DNA of 60,213 nt, counting the filler. It is 8 parts of 8 records of this genome, joined end to end, with 100 filler letters (N's around TTAATTAATTAA, not from the genome) between each part and the next. Parts side by side here need not be neighbours in the genome. Positions count along the whole stretch, not along the records: positions 7,673 to 13,850 come from DRR723986_26408; positions 13,951 to 22,573 come from DRR723986_26417; 6 more parts are not named here. One strand, written 5' to 3'. The notes beneath the pieces are model-generated. The model did not search any database. It had not been told where the DNA came from and saw only the letters and a program-made list of their open reading frames with translations. Position 1 is the stretch's first letter. Each line of letters opens with the position of its first letter. Position numbers and translations under genes: made by a program. Shown piece after piece: positions 7,852 through 18,446 of the stretch.

Positions 7852-9426
7852 TCAGGCCTTGCGAACCGGGTCCAGCGTGACGGTGTGCAGTTCGATGTCG
7901 TCACGGTCCATCAGGCGGACGGTGAGCTGTTCGCTCTGGCCGTCGATGTCGACCAGGCCGAAGAACTGCAGCCCCATGGACGGGGGCAGGTTGGCTCCCT
8001 GTTCGGCGGTCGGGGCCTTGATGTACTTAAGCTCCGGGCCGAAGGTCATGTCGAGATCGTTCGGGCCGAAGGTGCCGGCATGGATCGGGCCGGAGACGAA
8101 TTCCCAGAACGGTTTGAAGTCCTGGAACTGGGCCTTGTCCGGATTGTAGTAATGCGCGGCGGTGTAGTGCACATCGGCGGTCAGCCAGACGATGTTGTCG
8201 ATGTCTGCCGTCTTGATGAAGCGCAGCAGATCGGCGAATTCCAGTTCTCGGCCTTTCGGTGCGCCGTGGTCGCCGTTGGCAACCGCTTCGGCGCCGGCCT
8301 GGTCTTTCCAGTTGTCCCAGACGATCAGGCCGATCGGCATGTCGCAGGCGATGACCTTCCAGGTGGCGTTGGAATTCAGAAGTTCACGCTTCAGCCAGGC
8401 AAGCTGCTCGGCGCCGAGGATGCGCGAAGCCGGTGTCATGGTGTCTTCCATCGAAGCGCTGTTCGGCCCGCGATAGGAGCGCAGGTCCAGGAAAAATACG
8501 TCCAGCAGCGGACCATAGGCGATCTTGCGGTAGACGCGGCCCGGCTCGGCCGGGGTGTAGCGGATGGGAGCCAGTTCGTGGAAAGCCCTGCCGGCGCGGG
8601 CGGCCAGCAGGTGGATGTTCTTCTCGCTGTAGCGATCGTCGGACAGGAGGTCCTTGGAGGACGACCAGTTGTTGACGACTTCATGATCGTCCCACTGGAA
8701 GAAGGTCGGCACTTCCGCGTTGAATGCCTTGAGGTTCTCGTCCATGAGATTGTATTTCCACTGGCCGCGATATTCGTCCAGCGTTTCGGCAACCTTGGAT
8801 TTTTCTTCCGTGACGATGTTCTTCCAAACGGTGCCGTCCTTCAGCTCGACGGTTTCCTTCATCGGGCCATCGGCATAAATCGTGTCGCCGGAGTGGATGA
8901 AGAAGTCCGGCTGATGTTTTGCCATGGTGGCGTAAGTCTTCATGCCGCCGCGGTCGGTATCGATCCCCCAGCCCTGGCCGGCGGTATCGCCCGACCAGGC
9001 GAAACGAATGTTGCGGCGGGACGCCGGGGCGGTGCGGAAGCGGCCGGTCATCGGCTCGGACACCGCATTGACGTCGTTCAGGTCGGCAAAGGCGACGCGA
9101 TAGAAGACATCCTGATCGGACGGCAGGTTCTCAAGCAGTCGCTTGACGGCAAAATCCGAGTCGGGAAGCGCATTGATCGGGGCAAGGCGCCGCGGCGTTT
9201 CGAACGTGCCGGTGGTGTCGACCTCAACCAGCATTTGCGCCGGGCGGTCCGAGCGGGCCCAGATCATGCCGGAATTGGCATCAACGTCGCCGGATTGAAG
9301 GCCGTGCGTGATCTGCGGGCGGGAGGCCGCACGCGACAGGCCCGGCATGGCCAGCGGTGAGGCCAGTACCAGACCGGTAGCAACCGATGATTTCAGAAAA
9401 TTGCGTCGAGAAACGTTTGAAGACAT
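7852..9426 (-). CDS. phoD: Alkaline phosphatase D family, Tat-exported
   Basis: SRRNFLK Tat motif; HSGDTIYAD, QWDDHEV and WLTADVH motifs. Confidence 0.93.
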   Translation of the reverse strand: MSSNVSRRNFLKSSVATGLVLASPLAMPGLSRAASRPQITHGLQSGDVDANSGMIWARSDRPAQMLVEVDTTGTFETPRRLAPINALPDSDFAVKRLLENLPSDQDVFYRVAFADLNDVNAVSEPMTGRFRTAPASRRNIRFAWSGDTAGQGWGIDTDRGGMKTYATMAKHQPDFFIHSGDTIYADGPMKETVELKDGTVWKNIVTEEKSKVAETLDEYRGQWKYNLMDENLKAFNAEVPTFFQWDDHEVVNNWSSSKDLLSDDRYSEKNIHLLAARAGRAFHELAPIRYTPAEPGRVYRKIAYGPLLDVFFLDLRSYRGPNSASMEDTMTPASRILGAEQLAWLKRELLNSNATWKVIACDMPIGLIVWDNWKDQAGAEAVANGDHGAPKGRELEFADLLRFIKTADIDNIVWLTADVHYTAAHYYNPDKAQFQDFKPFWEFVSGPIHAGTFGPNDLDMTFGPELKYIKAPTAEQGANLPPSMGLQFFGLVDIDGQSEQLTVRLMDRDDIELHTVTLDPVRKA

Positions 9427-9717
9427 TTTCAAGCTCCGTGGCTGGGGACCGCAGGGGCGAGTCCCTTGGCAAAAACATCAGGTGCTGAAGCTCCGTGACA
9501 GACGGATGTCTGTTCCAAGACCGTTTCCCGAATTTTTGATGACGGCGTGTACGGATTGCCGGAAAACCGCCGCGGAACGATTGAACCTCCAAATTGCTTC
9601 CAAATCGTGATCGTCCACAGCCTTGGAGCGGGGTCAAGCAGGGCGAAGTCGCATTGGTGCCGCTTGACCGTCGGTGTCAGACGGGCCAAACACGTGCCTG
9701 ACCGTCAAAAGGACGCA

Positions 9718-10557
9718 ATGATGCCGACCCCGACAGCCTATGAGCCGCCGCGTTTCGACGCCGGACACCAACGCCCCCACGTGATGGGGATCCTGAACGT
9801 GACCCCGGACTCCTTTTCCGATGGCGGGCGCCACGCCAATGCGGATGCCGCCTTGCGGCGTGCACAGGAAATGATTCTGGAAGGGGCCGATATTCTGGAT
9901 GTCGGCGGCGAAAGCACGCGGCCGGGGTCCGAACCGGTGCCGCTGGACCTGGAATGGTCGCGGCTCGATCCGATCCTTGATCAGGTGATCGACATGGGAA
10001 CGCCCGTATCGATCGATACCTACAAGGCGGAGATCGCGCGCCGCGCCTGCGCGGCAGGGGCGGTCATCGTCAATGATGTGTGGGGTCTGCAAAAGGATCC
10101 AGCCATGGCTGAGGTTGTTGCCGAGGCCGGCGTGCATGTAGTTATGATGCATAACCGTCTTGCCGCCGATGCCGGACTGGACATTCTTTCGGACATTGAC
10201 CGGTTCTTCGAAATCTCGATGGAACTGGCGGAAAAGGCAGGGGTCGCCAGGGAAAAGCAGATCCTTGATCCGGGCTTTGGCTTCGGCAAGACCATCAACC
10301 AGAATTTCATCGTCCTGAACCGTTTCGAAACGCTGAAGAAACACGGCCTTCCGCTGTTGGCCGGTGCGTCGCGCAAGCGCATGATCGGTGCCGTGCTGGA
10401 AGCGGAAACGGAAGACCGGCTGTTTGGATCCGTTGCCGTTCACATGACGGCCATGCTGAAAGGGGCAGCGATTGTGCGGGCGCATGACGTAAGTCCACAT
10501 GCCGATTGCGTGCGTATGATCGAGGCAACCCGCCTGGAACGGAACCCTGTCGAATGA
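9718..10557 (+). CDS. folP: Dihydropteroate synthase
   Basis: MGILNVTPDSFSDGG, GGESTRPG, DPGFGFGK, ASRKR, VRAHDV. Confidence 0.97.
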   Translation: MMPTPTAYEPPRFDAGHQRPHVMGILNVTPDSFSDGGRHANADAALRRAQEMILEGADILDVGGESTRPGSEPVPLDLEWSRLDPILDQVIDMGTPVSIDTYKAEIARRACAAGAVIVNDVWGLQKDPAMAEVVAEAGVHVVMMHNRLAADAGLDILSDIDRFFEISMELAEKAGVAREKQILDPGFGFGKTINQNFIVLNRFETLKKHGLPLLAGASRKRMIGAVLEAETEDRLFGSVAVHMTAMLKGAAIVRAHDVSPHADCVRMIEATRLERNPVE

Positions 10558-11069
10558 ATGCCGAAAATGCGATGGCTGACGCCCCGACCCGCTGTGCGCT
10601 CGGGCTCGGATCCAACCTTGGAGACCCGAAGGCCAATCTGGATGAGGCCATCCGCCGGCTGGAGGAAACGCCCGGCGTCATGCTGGTGTCCAGGTCTTCC
10701 GATTACCGGACGCCGCCCTGGGGGCCGGTGCCGCAGGACGATTTCCGCAATTGCTGTGTGGTGATCGATACCACCATGAGCCCGCAGGCGCTGCTGAAGC
10801 GCTGCCTTGAAATCGAGACCGAACTCGGACGTGTGCGCGACGTGCGCTGGGGACCGAGAACACTGGACATCGACGTTCTGATCTACGGTCTGCAAAAGGT
10901 TGCCGAAAACGACCTCGAAATCCCGCACCCGCGCATGGGCGACCGGGCCTTCGTTCTGATCCCGCTCGCCGAAATCTGGCCCGACGCTCCACTGGGCGAC
11001 GGCCGCACCGCGATGGAAGCATTGGAAACCTGCCCGGACCAGGATGGCGTGGTGAAGCTGGACGGGTGA
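10554..11069 (+). CDS. folK: 2-amino-4-hydroxy-6-hydroxymethyldihydropteridine diphosphokinase
   Basis: LGLGSNLGD, RWGPRTLDIDVL, IPHPRM; ATGA overlap with the folP stop. Confidence 0.96.
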   Translation: MNAENAMADAPTRCALGLGSNLGDPKANLDEAIRRLEETPGVMLVSRSSDYRTPPWGPVPQDDFRNCCVVIDTTMSPQALLKRCLEIETELGRVRDVRWGPRTLDIDVLIYGLQKVAENDLEIPHPRMGDRAFVLIPLAEIWPDAPLGDGRTAMEALETCPDQDGVVKLDG

Positions 11070-11156
11070 CTAGCATCTTACCCGAAACCAGATCTTAAAT
11101 TTATCGATTGTACAAGTGGGCTGTTTGTTACTTCACCAAGCGGAGCCCCCTTCGAC

Positions 11157-12185
11157 ATGTCTTCCGTCATGGAGATCAAAGCCGATAGCGAATACAAGCT
11201 TCGCGTTGCCGAGCAGGGAGGGACGCCCACTGCTGCATCGAGCGCTTTTGAGGAGGAGCTGGCGTTTCCGGGGCGCTTGAATGCCTTTCTCATGGTGTTA
11301 GTGATAGGCGCTACCCTTTGCCTTTATGTCTTTATCAATCCCAGAATTGAGCCGTATTCGTTTGTTCCTTACGTTTTGATTATTTCGACCTGCGTTCTTC
11401 TGAAGTATTATGTGATGCGTAGAACGTCTTTCGGTGAAATCTTTCGTCAAAGAATGCAGTTACTGCTCAACGGTGTTGTGTTCATTTTCGTTGCTCTGGC
11501 AAGTTTGCGCATATTTAATCATCTGACGATGAGTCTTGCTTTGCCGCTTGCTGATCCACTGCTGGACAGCTGGGACAAAGCACTAGGTCTTGACTGGATT
11601 ACGTATTTCACTTTCGTCCAGAATCATGGCCTAGTAAGTGCTATTCTCGAAGTAGCCTATGTTGGATTTGACGGTGCAAGTCTATTTGGCTTCGTCGTGC
11701 TTGTTGCTATGGGTTACTTTCGCCGTGCACGCTATTTTTGTGAGATCTTTTTAATCACCGCTGCAATTTCAACAACCATTGCTCTGTTTTTTCCAGCTGT
11801 TGCAGCTGTCGTGTACAATTTTGGCCCAATTGACCAAATTGAAGGGTTCAACTCGGCCCCTGGTATCTACCACCTTGAGCAGTTTATGGCGCTCAGAGAA
11901 GCAGAAATTCCTTCAATCGATCTAATGACCGCTACGGGGTTAGCGACATTTCCGTCTTTTCATGCCGCTGGTGGAGTCCTCTTGATCGCGGGTTTCTTCC
12001 GGACCCGGCTTTCGATTGCCGTTACTGCATTCGCTTTGGTGATGATTGCATCCGTGCCTGTTTTCGGCGGGCATTTCTTAATTGATGCGATTGTAGGCAT
12101 CCTTCTGGCTGCGACTGTTTCAGTTCTCAATGCGCGGCGTTCCTGTTATGCAGGGCTCTTCGGCAAAGACCCCAACCGCTATTGA
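11157..12185 (+). CDS. PAP2-superfamily (AUR1/IPC synthase-like) membrane protein
   Basis: Multiple TM helices; FPAV, TFPSFH and GGHFLID motifs. Confidence 0.8.
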   Translation: MSSVMEIKADSEYKLRVAEQGGTPTAASSAFEEELAFPGRLNAFLMVLVIGATLCLYVFINPRIEPYSFVPYVLIISTCVLLKYYVMRRTSFGEIFRQRMQLLLNGVVFIFVALASLRIFNHLTMSLALPLADPLLDSWDKALGLDWITYFTFVQNHGLVSAILEVAYVGFDGASLFGFVVLVAMGYFRRARYFCEIFLITAAISTTIALFFPAVAAVVYNFGPIDQIEGFNSAPGIYHLEQFMALREAEIPSIDLMTATGLATFPSFHAAGGVLLIAGFFRTRLSIAVTAFALVMIASVPVFGGHFLIDAIVGILLAATVSVLNARRSCYAGLFGKDPNRY

Positions 12186-12228
12186 GTTCCTAGCGCAGGT
12201 TTTGATCCTAAGCGGGTCCTTGCTGTGC

Positions 12229-12912
12229 CTACAGCCTCAGGAAACTCTCCATGTGAAACCCGGCCGTTGCCTGGCTTTGCCGGTGATCCTGGCCAAAGGG
12301 GCAGGCCCGTCTTGCCAGGCAGCCGGACCAGCAATCCAGGTTGCGGCTGGTCGCCAGATGGTTTCGGCAGTCAGTGACCTTGTAGCCTTCGTGCGCCGTA
12401 ACGGCACCGACGGGGCAAACCGTGAGGCAAGGTGCGTCGGTGCAGGTCGGGCAGGGGCCGTCCATCGTGTCCGGCGTCGGTCCATCAAAGGGTTCCGCAC
12501 TCAGAAACGCTGCGCGGAAGCCAGCCCAGGGCCCGAAGGTCCGGTGGGCGAGAACGCCGAGCGGGCTTTGGGAGAAGCCGCCGCATTTCATCGCCCATTG
12601 CTGGAACGGGTGATAGGGCGGGCCTTCGAAGGGAAACACCGGTTCGTAGCCGGAAGTCTCGGCAAGGTCCAAAAGGCTGCGCCGCGTGTAGCGGTCGAGA
12701 GGATCCGGGTGGCCGTTTTTGTATTCCGGACTTGCCGTCAGGTGCGGCCAGATCGACGGACCGGTGCTGCCGATCAGGAGAAGGCTTTTGGCTTCCTTGC
12801 CGCTGGCAAGAGGTGGAACGGCAACGGTGCCATCAGGAGCAAAGCCGCCGAGCAACAAAAAACCGGCGGCAGCAAGGTTCTGTTCGAGCTTTGCTGCCGC
12901 CGGTCTTGTCAT
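12229..12912 (-). CDS. 4Fe-4S ferredoxin-like protein
   Basis: CPTCTDAPCLTVCPVGA and CWSGCLARRACP. Confidence 0.8.
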   Translation of the reverse strand: MTRPAAAKLEQNLAAAGFLLLGGFAPDGTVAVPPLASGKEAKSLLLIGSTGPSIWPHLTASPEYKNGHPDPLDRYTRRSLLDLAETSGYEPVFPFEGPPYHPFQQWAMKCGGFSQSPLGVLAHRTFGPWAGFRAAFLSAEPFDGPTPDTMDGPCPTCTDAPCLTVCPVGAVTAHEGYKVTDCRNHLATSRNLDCWSGCLARRACPFGQDHRQSQATAGFHMESFLRL

Positions 12913-12922
12913 GTCAGAGATC

Positions 12923-13850
12923 TCAGCCGATCCGGTCGCGCTTGGCGAGGGTGCGCAGGCGCAGGGCGTTCAGCTTGATGAAACCGGCGGCGTCCTTCTG
13001 GTCGTAAGCACCCTGGTCGTCCTCGAAGGTGACCAACTCTTCGGAATAGAGCGAATAGGGCGAGGACCGGCCGACGAGGATGACGTTGCCCTTGTAGAGC
13101 TTCAGCTTGACGGAGCCGGTGACATGCTCCTGGCTCTTGTCGATGAGCGCCTGCAACATTTCGCGCTCCGGCGAGAACCAGAACCCGTTGTAGATCAGCT
13201 CGGCGTAACGCGGCATCAGTTCGTCCTTCAGGTGCGACGCACCGCGGTCGAGCGTGATGGATTCCATGGCGCGGTGCGCCGTCAGGAGGATGGTGCCGCC
13301 CGGCGTTTCGTAGATGCCGCGGCTCTTCATGCCGACGAAGCGGTTTTCGACCATGTCGAGACGGCCGATGCCGTTGTCGCGGCCATAGTCGTTGAGTTTG
13401 GCAAAGAGCGTTGCCGGCGACATCTTCTCGCCGTTGAGGGAGACGGCGTCGCCCTTTTCGAAGCCGATTTCGATATAGGTGACTTCGTCCGGTGCCTCGG
13501 TCGGGTCAACCGTGCGCTGGAACACGTAGTTCGGTGCTTCCTCGGCCGGGTCTTCCAGCACTTTGCCTTCCGATGAGGAGTGCAGCATGTTGGCGTCGAC
13601 GGAGAACGGAGCTTCGCCGCGCTTGTCTTTCGGAACCGGGATCTGGTGCTGTTCGGCGAACTCCAGAAGGTCGGTCCGGGACTTGAACGTCCAGTCGCGC
13701 CACGGCGCGATCACCTTGATGTCCGGGTTGAGGGCATAGGCGGACAGTTCGAAACGAACCTGGTCGTTGCCTTTGCCGGTCGCGCCATGGGCAATCGCGT
13801 CAGCGCCGGTTTCCTCGGCAATCTCGATCAGGCGCTTGGAAATCAGCGGC
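12923..13850 (-). CDS. argG: Argininosuccinate synthase (5' truncated by contig end)
   Basis: [39 protein letters not shown]. Confidence 0.97.
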
Positions 13851-13950
13851 NNNNNNNNNNNNNNNNNNNNNNNNNNNNNNNNNNNNNNNNNNNNTTAATT
13901 AATTAANNNNNNNNNNNNNNNNNNNNNNNNNNNNNNNNNNNNNNNNNNNN

Positions 13951-14471
13951 TCTTCATTGAATGAAAGCAATTTAAAGCCTTTGAATCCGAACCAAACAGC
14001 AAACACAACAACTAAGGTGGCAAATAATTCTACATAAAAAGCTCTTGGACCGAGGTACAAATTGCCATCTACAATTACCTTGTCTAAATTGATCAATCCA
14101 ATATCTCCGTATAAAACACATTCCATATCAATGTCCACATTTCCTTTGAACCAACTAGAAATCATAATCATTCCTATGGCGAATAACAAGGTGTAAGTTA
14201 TTCCAATTGAAGCGTCTCCCTGAATTTTAGCTTTTTTGCTCAACCATTCTATTAATAATGAAGTGAGCACTCCTGTTAAAGCTGCTGCAATTAGTAATAA
14301 CGGAGAAGTTCTATCTCCACTAAAGTAATAGGCTACGACAATACCAGGCAAAACAGAATGCGAAATGGCGTCTCCTACCATAGACATCTTCCTTAACACC
14401 AAAAACACTCCTAGTATAGAAGCGTTAATCGCAACCAAACTGGCAGTTAATATGATAAATAAGTCACTCAT
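13951..14471 (-). CDS. Mn/Zn/Fe ABC transporter permease (3' truncated)
   Basis: LRKMSMVGDAISHSVLPG. Confidence 0.9.
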
Positions 14472-14545
14472 TTTATAATCATTCTTTCCTCTATCTCATA
14501 CATTTTTACTACGAACTTTTCGATAATCGAAAATTCGAAATCGTC

Positions 14546-15829
14546 CTAATAATCCTTCTCTGGTATACCCGTTATTCCTAATTCTTTTTCTAATTCCTTT
14601 TCTAATTCAGGTGATATAATGTGCTCTATAGCCTCCGCGCCCGAATGCACGTGATCGGTATCGATAGAAGTCCGTTTCAATAAATACTGCTCCCAAAGTC
14701 GGTGCAATCTTACAATTCGTTTCGCTTCGCGCTTTCCAGCTTCGGTGAAGTAAAACAAATCTTCATCTTTTAAAATAAAACCGTATTTATTCAAGCGTTT
14801 GAGACCTTTTAGCAGTGAGTCTGTCTCGAATTTTCTTCTTGTAATAATGTCTGAAATTGTTAATCGGTCGTTCAAATCTTCTTGTAATCCCTTTTTCTCT
14901 TGGATATGATAGATGGCCTTTAAAATATTTTCGTGCAATATTTTCAATCGATTATTACGGGCGCGTCTGAATCTGGAAATCACTCCTCTTTTTGGTGCAA
15001 ATAAAATGGACACCCCCATTGCAACCGATAAAAACACAACCACCCATGGTCCGGTTGGCATCCCTGCTTCTGCATATGAGACATAAGCCCCACCAATGCC
15101 TGAAAGAACTGAAATGAGAACCGCCAAAAGAATGATAAAATTGAGTTTATGAGACCACAAACGAGCCGCAGCAGCCGGTGTCACAATTAATGCTGACATC
15201 AAAATCACTCCCAATGCTTGAATTCCAGATGCAATGGCCAACACAGTTAAGGAAGTAATTAAAAATTCTATCAATCTAACCGGAAGTCCAACGGATTTCG
15301 CAAAATCTGCATTAAATGAAACCATTACAAAAGCCTTGTAAAAGAAAACAATGACAGCAAAAATGATTAGAAAAATAAAGGCAAAAACCGCTATTTCATC
15401 TTTATTAATTGCCGCAGCTTGTCCGAATAGAAAATTGTTTAAACCTGAATGCTGACCCGTTCCGTTTGACTGAATATAGGTCAATAGGACAATACCAAAA
15501 GCGAAAAAACTGGACAACACAATTCCAATGGCCGAATCTTGTTTGACTTTACTTTTATTCACGATAAGATCTATGGCATAAGTTGCAATCCAACCAGTCA
15601 AAAAAGCCCCAATTAACAAATAAGTAATGTCTTTAGATCCAGAAAACAGAAAACCTAGGCACAAACCTGGCAAGAGTGCATGCGCAATTGCATCACCTAT
15701 TAAAGCACGCTTTCGTAAAAAGGCGAAGGTACCAATCATGGCAGATGACGCATTGATAAATATCATGCCCAAAACCACGTAAATGACGTTGGGATCTTTA
15801 AATGATATGAAATCTATGAATGTTTGCAT
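14546..15829 (-). CDS. Mn/Zn/Fe ABC permease fused to a C-terminal DtxR-like domain
   Basis: GDAIAHALLPG permease; C-terminal RIVRLHRLWEQYL..HVHSGAEAIEH DtxR motif. Confidence 0.9.
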   Translation of the reverse strand: MQTFIDFISFKDPNVIYVVLGMIFINASSAMIGTFAFLRKRALIGDAIAHALLPGLCLGFLFSGSKDITYLLIGAFLTGWIATYAIDLIVNKSKVKQDSAIGIVLSSFFAFGIVLLTYIQSNGTGQHSGLNNFLFGQAAAINKDEIAVFAFIFLIIFAVIVFFYKAFVMVSFNADFAKSVGLPVRLIEFLITSLTVLAIASGIQALGVILMSALIVTPAAAARLWSHKLNFIILLAVLISVLSGIGGAYVSYAEAGMPTGPWVVVFLSVAMGVSILFAPKRGVISRFRRARNNRLKILHENILKAIYHIQEKKGLQEDLNDRLTISDIITRRKFETDSLLKGLKRLNKYGFILKDEDLFYFTEAGKREAKRIVRLHRLWEQYLLKRTSIDTDHVHSGAEAIEHIISPELEKELEKELGITGIPEKDY

Positions 15830-15962
15830 GTTGGTTTTTTCTCATTCGATTCTTGATTTTCGATTCTCGATTTTCGTTTTTCGTTCCTGACGATCATTTC
15901 GACTTCGCTCAATTTGATGTCAGGATCCCTTCGGGATTTTCGTTATTCGTTATTCGATATTC

Positions 15963-16053
15963 GATTCTTGCTTCTTGGTTCTTGTCTCTTGATTCTTGAT
16001 TCTAAATTCTAGATTCTTGATTCTAGATTCTTGCTTCTTGACTCTTACTTCTA
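15963..16053 (+). repeat. Heptamer tandem array (consensus GATTCTT, 13 units)
   Basis: GATTCTT GCTTCTT GGTTCTT GTCTCTT GATTCTT GATTCTA... read directly. Confidence 0.9.
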
Positions 16054-16055
16054 AT

Positions 16056-16847
16056 CTACAAATCCACATCTTTTTCTCTAATCGGGAATTCTGTTTTACG
16101 GATGAGTTCTACAACTTTGGCTAGTAATGTAAGTTGACCTCCATAGGCATTAGACAGGTTTTCTTTAGTCAATACTTCTTGTAGGTTTCCTTTAGCAATT
16201 AAGCGGGTATTCAGCAATACCAAATAGTCAAAATACTCAGATACCGTCTGTAAATCATGGTGAATAATCAATACCGTTTTGCCCTCAGCTTTCATTTCTT
16301 GCAAGAGGTTCAAAATCGAACTTTCAGTGGCGGCATCCACCCCTACAAATGGTTCATCCATCAAATAAACATCTGCCTTTTGAGCTAAAGCTCTGGCAAT
16401 AAAAACACGCTGTTGTTGCCCTCCAGACAATTGAGAAATTTGACGATTTTTAAATTCTGTTAATCCTACTTTTTCAATGCATTGATTGGCAATTTCGATA
16501 TCAGCTTGATTTGTGCGTTTGAGCAAGTTCTTTTTGCGATATCTTCCCATCAACACCACATCAAATACTGAAGCGGGAAAATCCCAATCAACGGACTCAC
16601 GCTGCGGTACATAGGCCACTTTTTCTCTTACTTCATCTAAGGGCTTATCAAAAATCTTAATGAATCCGCTTGAGGGTTCTAACAAGCCCATGATTGCCTT
16701 CAACAATGTGGTTTTCCCCGAGCCATTTGGCCCGATTACCCCAATAATTTGACCTTGAGGTAACTCAAAATCAATATCCCACAATACCGGTCCACCGTCA
16801 TAGGAAACCGTCAAGTTGTGCACTTCTATTGATACTTCATTTTTCAT
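16056..16847 (-). CDS. Metal ABC transporter ATP-binding protein
   Basis: GPNGSGKT, LSGGQQQR, MDEPFVGVD. Confidence 0.95.
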   Translation of the reverse strand: MKNEVSIEVHNLTVSYDGGPVLWDIDFELPQGQIIGVIGPNGSGKTTLLKAIMGLLEPSSGFIKIFDKPLDEVREKVAYVPQRESVDWDFPASVFDVVLMGRYRKKNLLKRTNQADIEIANQCIEKVGLTEFKNRQISQLSGGQQQRVFIARALAQKADVYLMDEPFVGVDAATESSILNLLQEMKAEGKTVLIIHHDLQTVSEYFDYLVLLNTRLIAKGNLQEVLTKENLSNAYGGQLTLLAKVVELIRKTEFPIREKDVDL

Positions 16848-17761
16848 TTTAAACCTTCTGAAATTGCTAAAGCGTTTGCTTTGATCATGCCGATATAGGT
16901 TCCAGCGTCAGTATCAGGTTCTCCTAAAGCATCTGAATACAAAGGTCCTGCTAGCTGAACTTCAAAGCCTTTAGCCTTGCATCCATCCACAATTGATTGA
17001 GCTGTTTTTTCTGAGGTAGAAGTCTCAATGAAAATTGATTTTAATTTATTATCAATAACGAAATCTACCATATCCGCAATATCCTTCAATCCCACTTCTG
17101 ATAAGGTTGAAACCCCTTGAATTCCCTTTACATGAATATCGTAGTAGTTCCCAAAATAAGAGAAAGCATCATGTGAGGTCACTAGTATCTTTTTTTCATC
17201 TGGAATCTCGCTTAAAAGTTCAGCTATCTCAACATCCGCTTTGAAAACCTCTTGTTGATAATTCAAATAATTCTGAACATAATAAGCTTTAGAAATGGTA
17301 TCTATTTCACCTAACTCTTCTGCCACATAGGCTAAGCCATCCATCCAAATCCCCGGATCAAACCAGATATGCGGATCATGAGCATCATCAAAATCGGCCG
17401 ACTTGATAATTTTAGACTCATCAATTCCGTCTGACACGAAAATTACTGGTTTCTCTTTAGCGTATTTACTCAACATTTCAGCCATCTTCCCTTCAAGGTG
17501 TAGGCCATTTGCAATAATCACATCTGCTTCATCCAGTAATTCAATATCACGCGGAGTTGGTTTATAAATATGTGGATCAGTTCCAGGCCCCATTAATGCG
17601 GTGACCTCACAGCTGTCACCAACAATATGACTTACGCAGTCTTCTATTATCCCCGTTGTTGCTACAATGTGCAATGGACCTCGGCGTTCTACGTCTGCAT
17701 CATCTAATCTGCATGAAACCAAGGCAAAAAGAACAGCACTGATAAAAATTACTTTTTTCAT
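16844..17761 (-). CDS. Metal ABC transporter substrate-binding lipoprotein (TroA/MntA family)
   Basis: Lipobox ALVSC; DPHIY, DPHIW, SHDAF, LYSD. Confidence 0.93.
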   Translation of the reverse strand: MKKVIFISAVLFALVSCRLDDADVERRGPLHIVATTGIIEDCVSHIVGDSCEVTALMGPGTDPHIYKPTPRDIELLDEADVIIANGLHLEGKMAEMLSKYAKEKPVIFVSDGIDESKIIKSADFDDAHDPHIWFDPGIWMDGLAYVAEELGEIDTISKAYYVQNYLNYQQEVFKADVEIAELLSEIPDEKKILVTSHDAFSYFGNYYDIHVKGIQGVSTLSEVGLKDIADMVDFVIDNKLKSIFIETSTSEKTAQSIVDGCKAKGFEVQLAGPLYSDALGEPDTDAGTYIGMIKANALAISEGLK

Positions 17762-17762
17762 T

Positions 17763-18446
17763 TTATTTCTGAATGAATTTGACATAGATATTTTCGGCAA
17801 CTTTTTTAGACAAGCTCAATTCTCCATTCCCTTCGAGCTTAACCCTGATAGATTCATCAAAAGCCACTCGTTCTAGAATCTCAATTTTACTTCCCAAATT
17901 CAATTTTATGCTATCTAGATATTGCAATAGGTCTAGGGAATCTTCGCTCACCTGCACCACCTCAACTTTTGATGATATGGCTGTTTCGCTTAGAAGTACT
18001 TTCGATTCTAAATAATCGATATTCCCTTCTTTATCTGGGATGGGATCGCCATGAGGATCAACTTTCGGATAATTTAAAATATGATCAATCCCATTAATCA
18101 ATTTTAACGACTGAATGTGCTCTAACTGCTCGGCCACATCATGTACCTCATCCCAACCAAAATTCAACTTATTCACCAAAAATGTTTCCCACAATCGGTG
18201 TTTACGGATAATATGGATGGCAATTTTCTCACCTTTTTTGGTTAAACTGCAGCCCTTATATTTTTCGTAGGACACCAATTTTTTATCTCCCAATTTCTTG
18301 AGCATATCCGTGATTGAAGAAGCCTTAGATTCTAACTTCTCTGCCAGCCCGTTGGTACTGACTTTAATTTTGTCTTGACCAGATAAATGAAAGATTTCTT
18401 TCAAATAGTTCTCTTCGGCCTGTGATAATGCGCTAACCTTAGTCAT
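17763..18446 (-). CDS. DtxR/MntR-family metal-dependent repressor with FeoA-like C-terminus
   Basis: EENYLK, RKHRLWETFL, VHDVAEQLEH, DPHGDPIP. Confidence 0.93.
   Translation of the reverse strand: MTKVSALSQAEENYLKEIFHLSGQDKIKVSTNGLAEKLESKASSITDMLKKLGDKKLVSYEKYKGCSLTKKGEKIAIHIIRKHRLWETFLVNKLNFGWDEVHDVAEQLEHIQSLKLINGIDHILNYPKVDPHGDPIPDKEGNIDYLESKVLLSETAISSKVEVVQVSEDSLDLLQYLDSIKLNLGSKIEILERVAFDESIRVKLEGNGELSLSKKVAENIYVKFIQK

Noticed and set aside
7885-9360. 491-aa plus-strand ORF (likewise 9634-10500, 12719-13576, 46027-47007, 48805-49782)
   Set aside because: Antisense shadows of clear genes in high-GC DNA.
9718-11069. folP as a sul resistance gene
   Set aside because: It is coupled to folK in housekeeping context and is on a different contig from the integron array.
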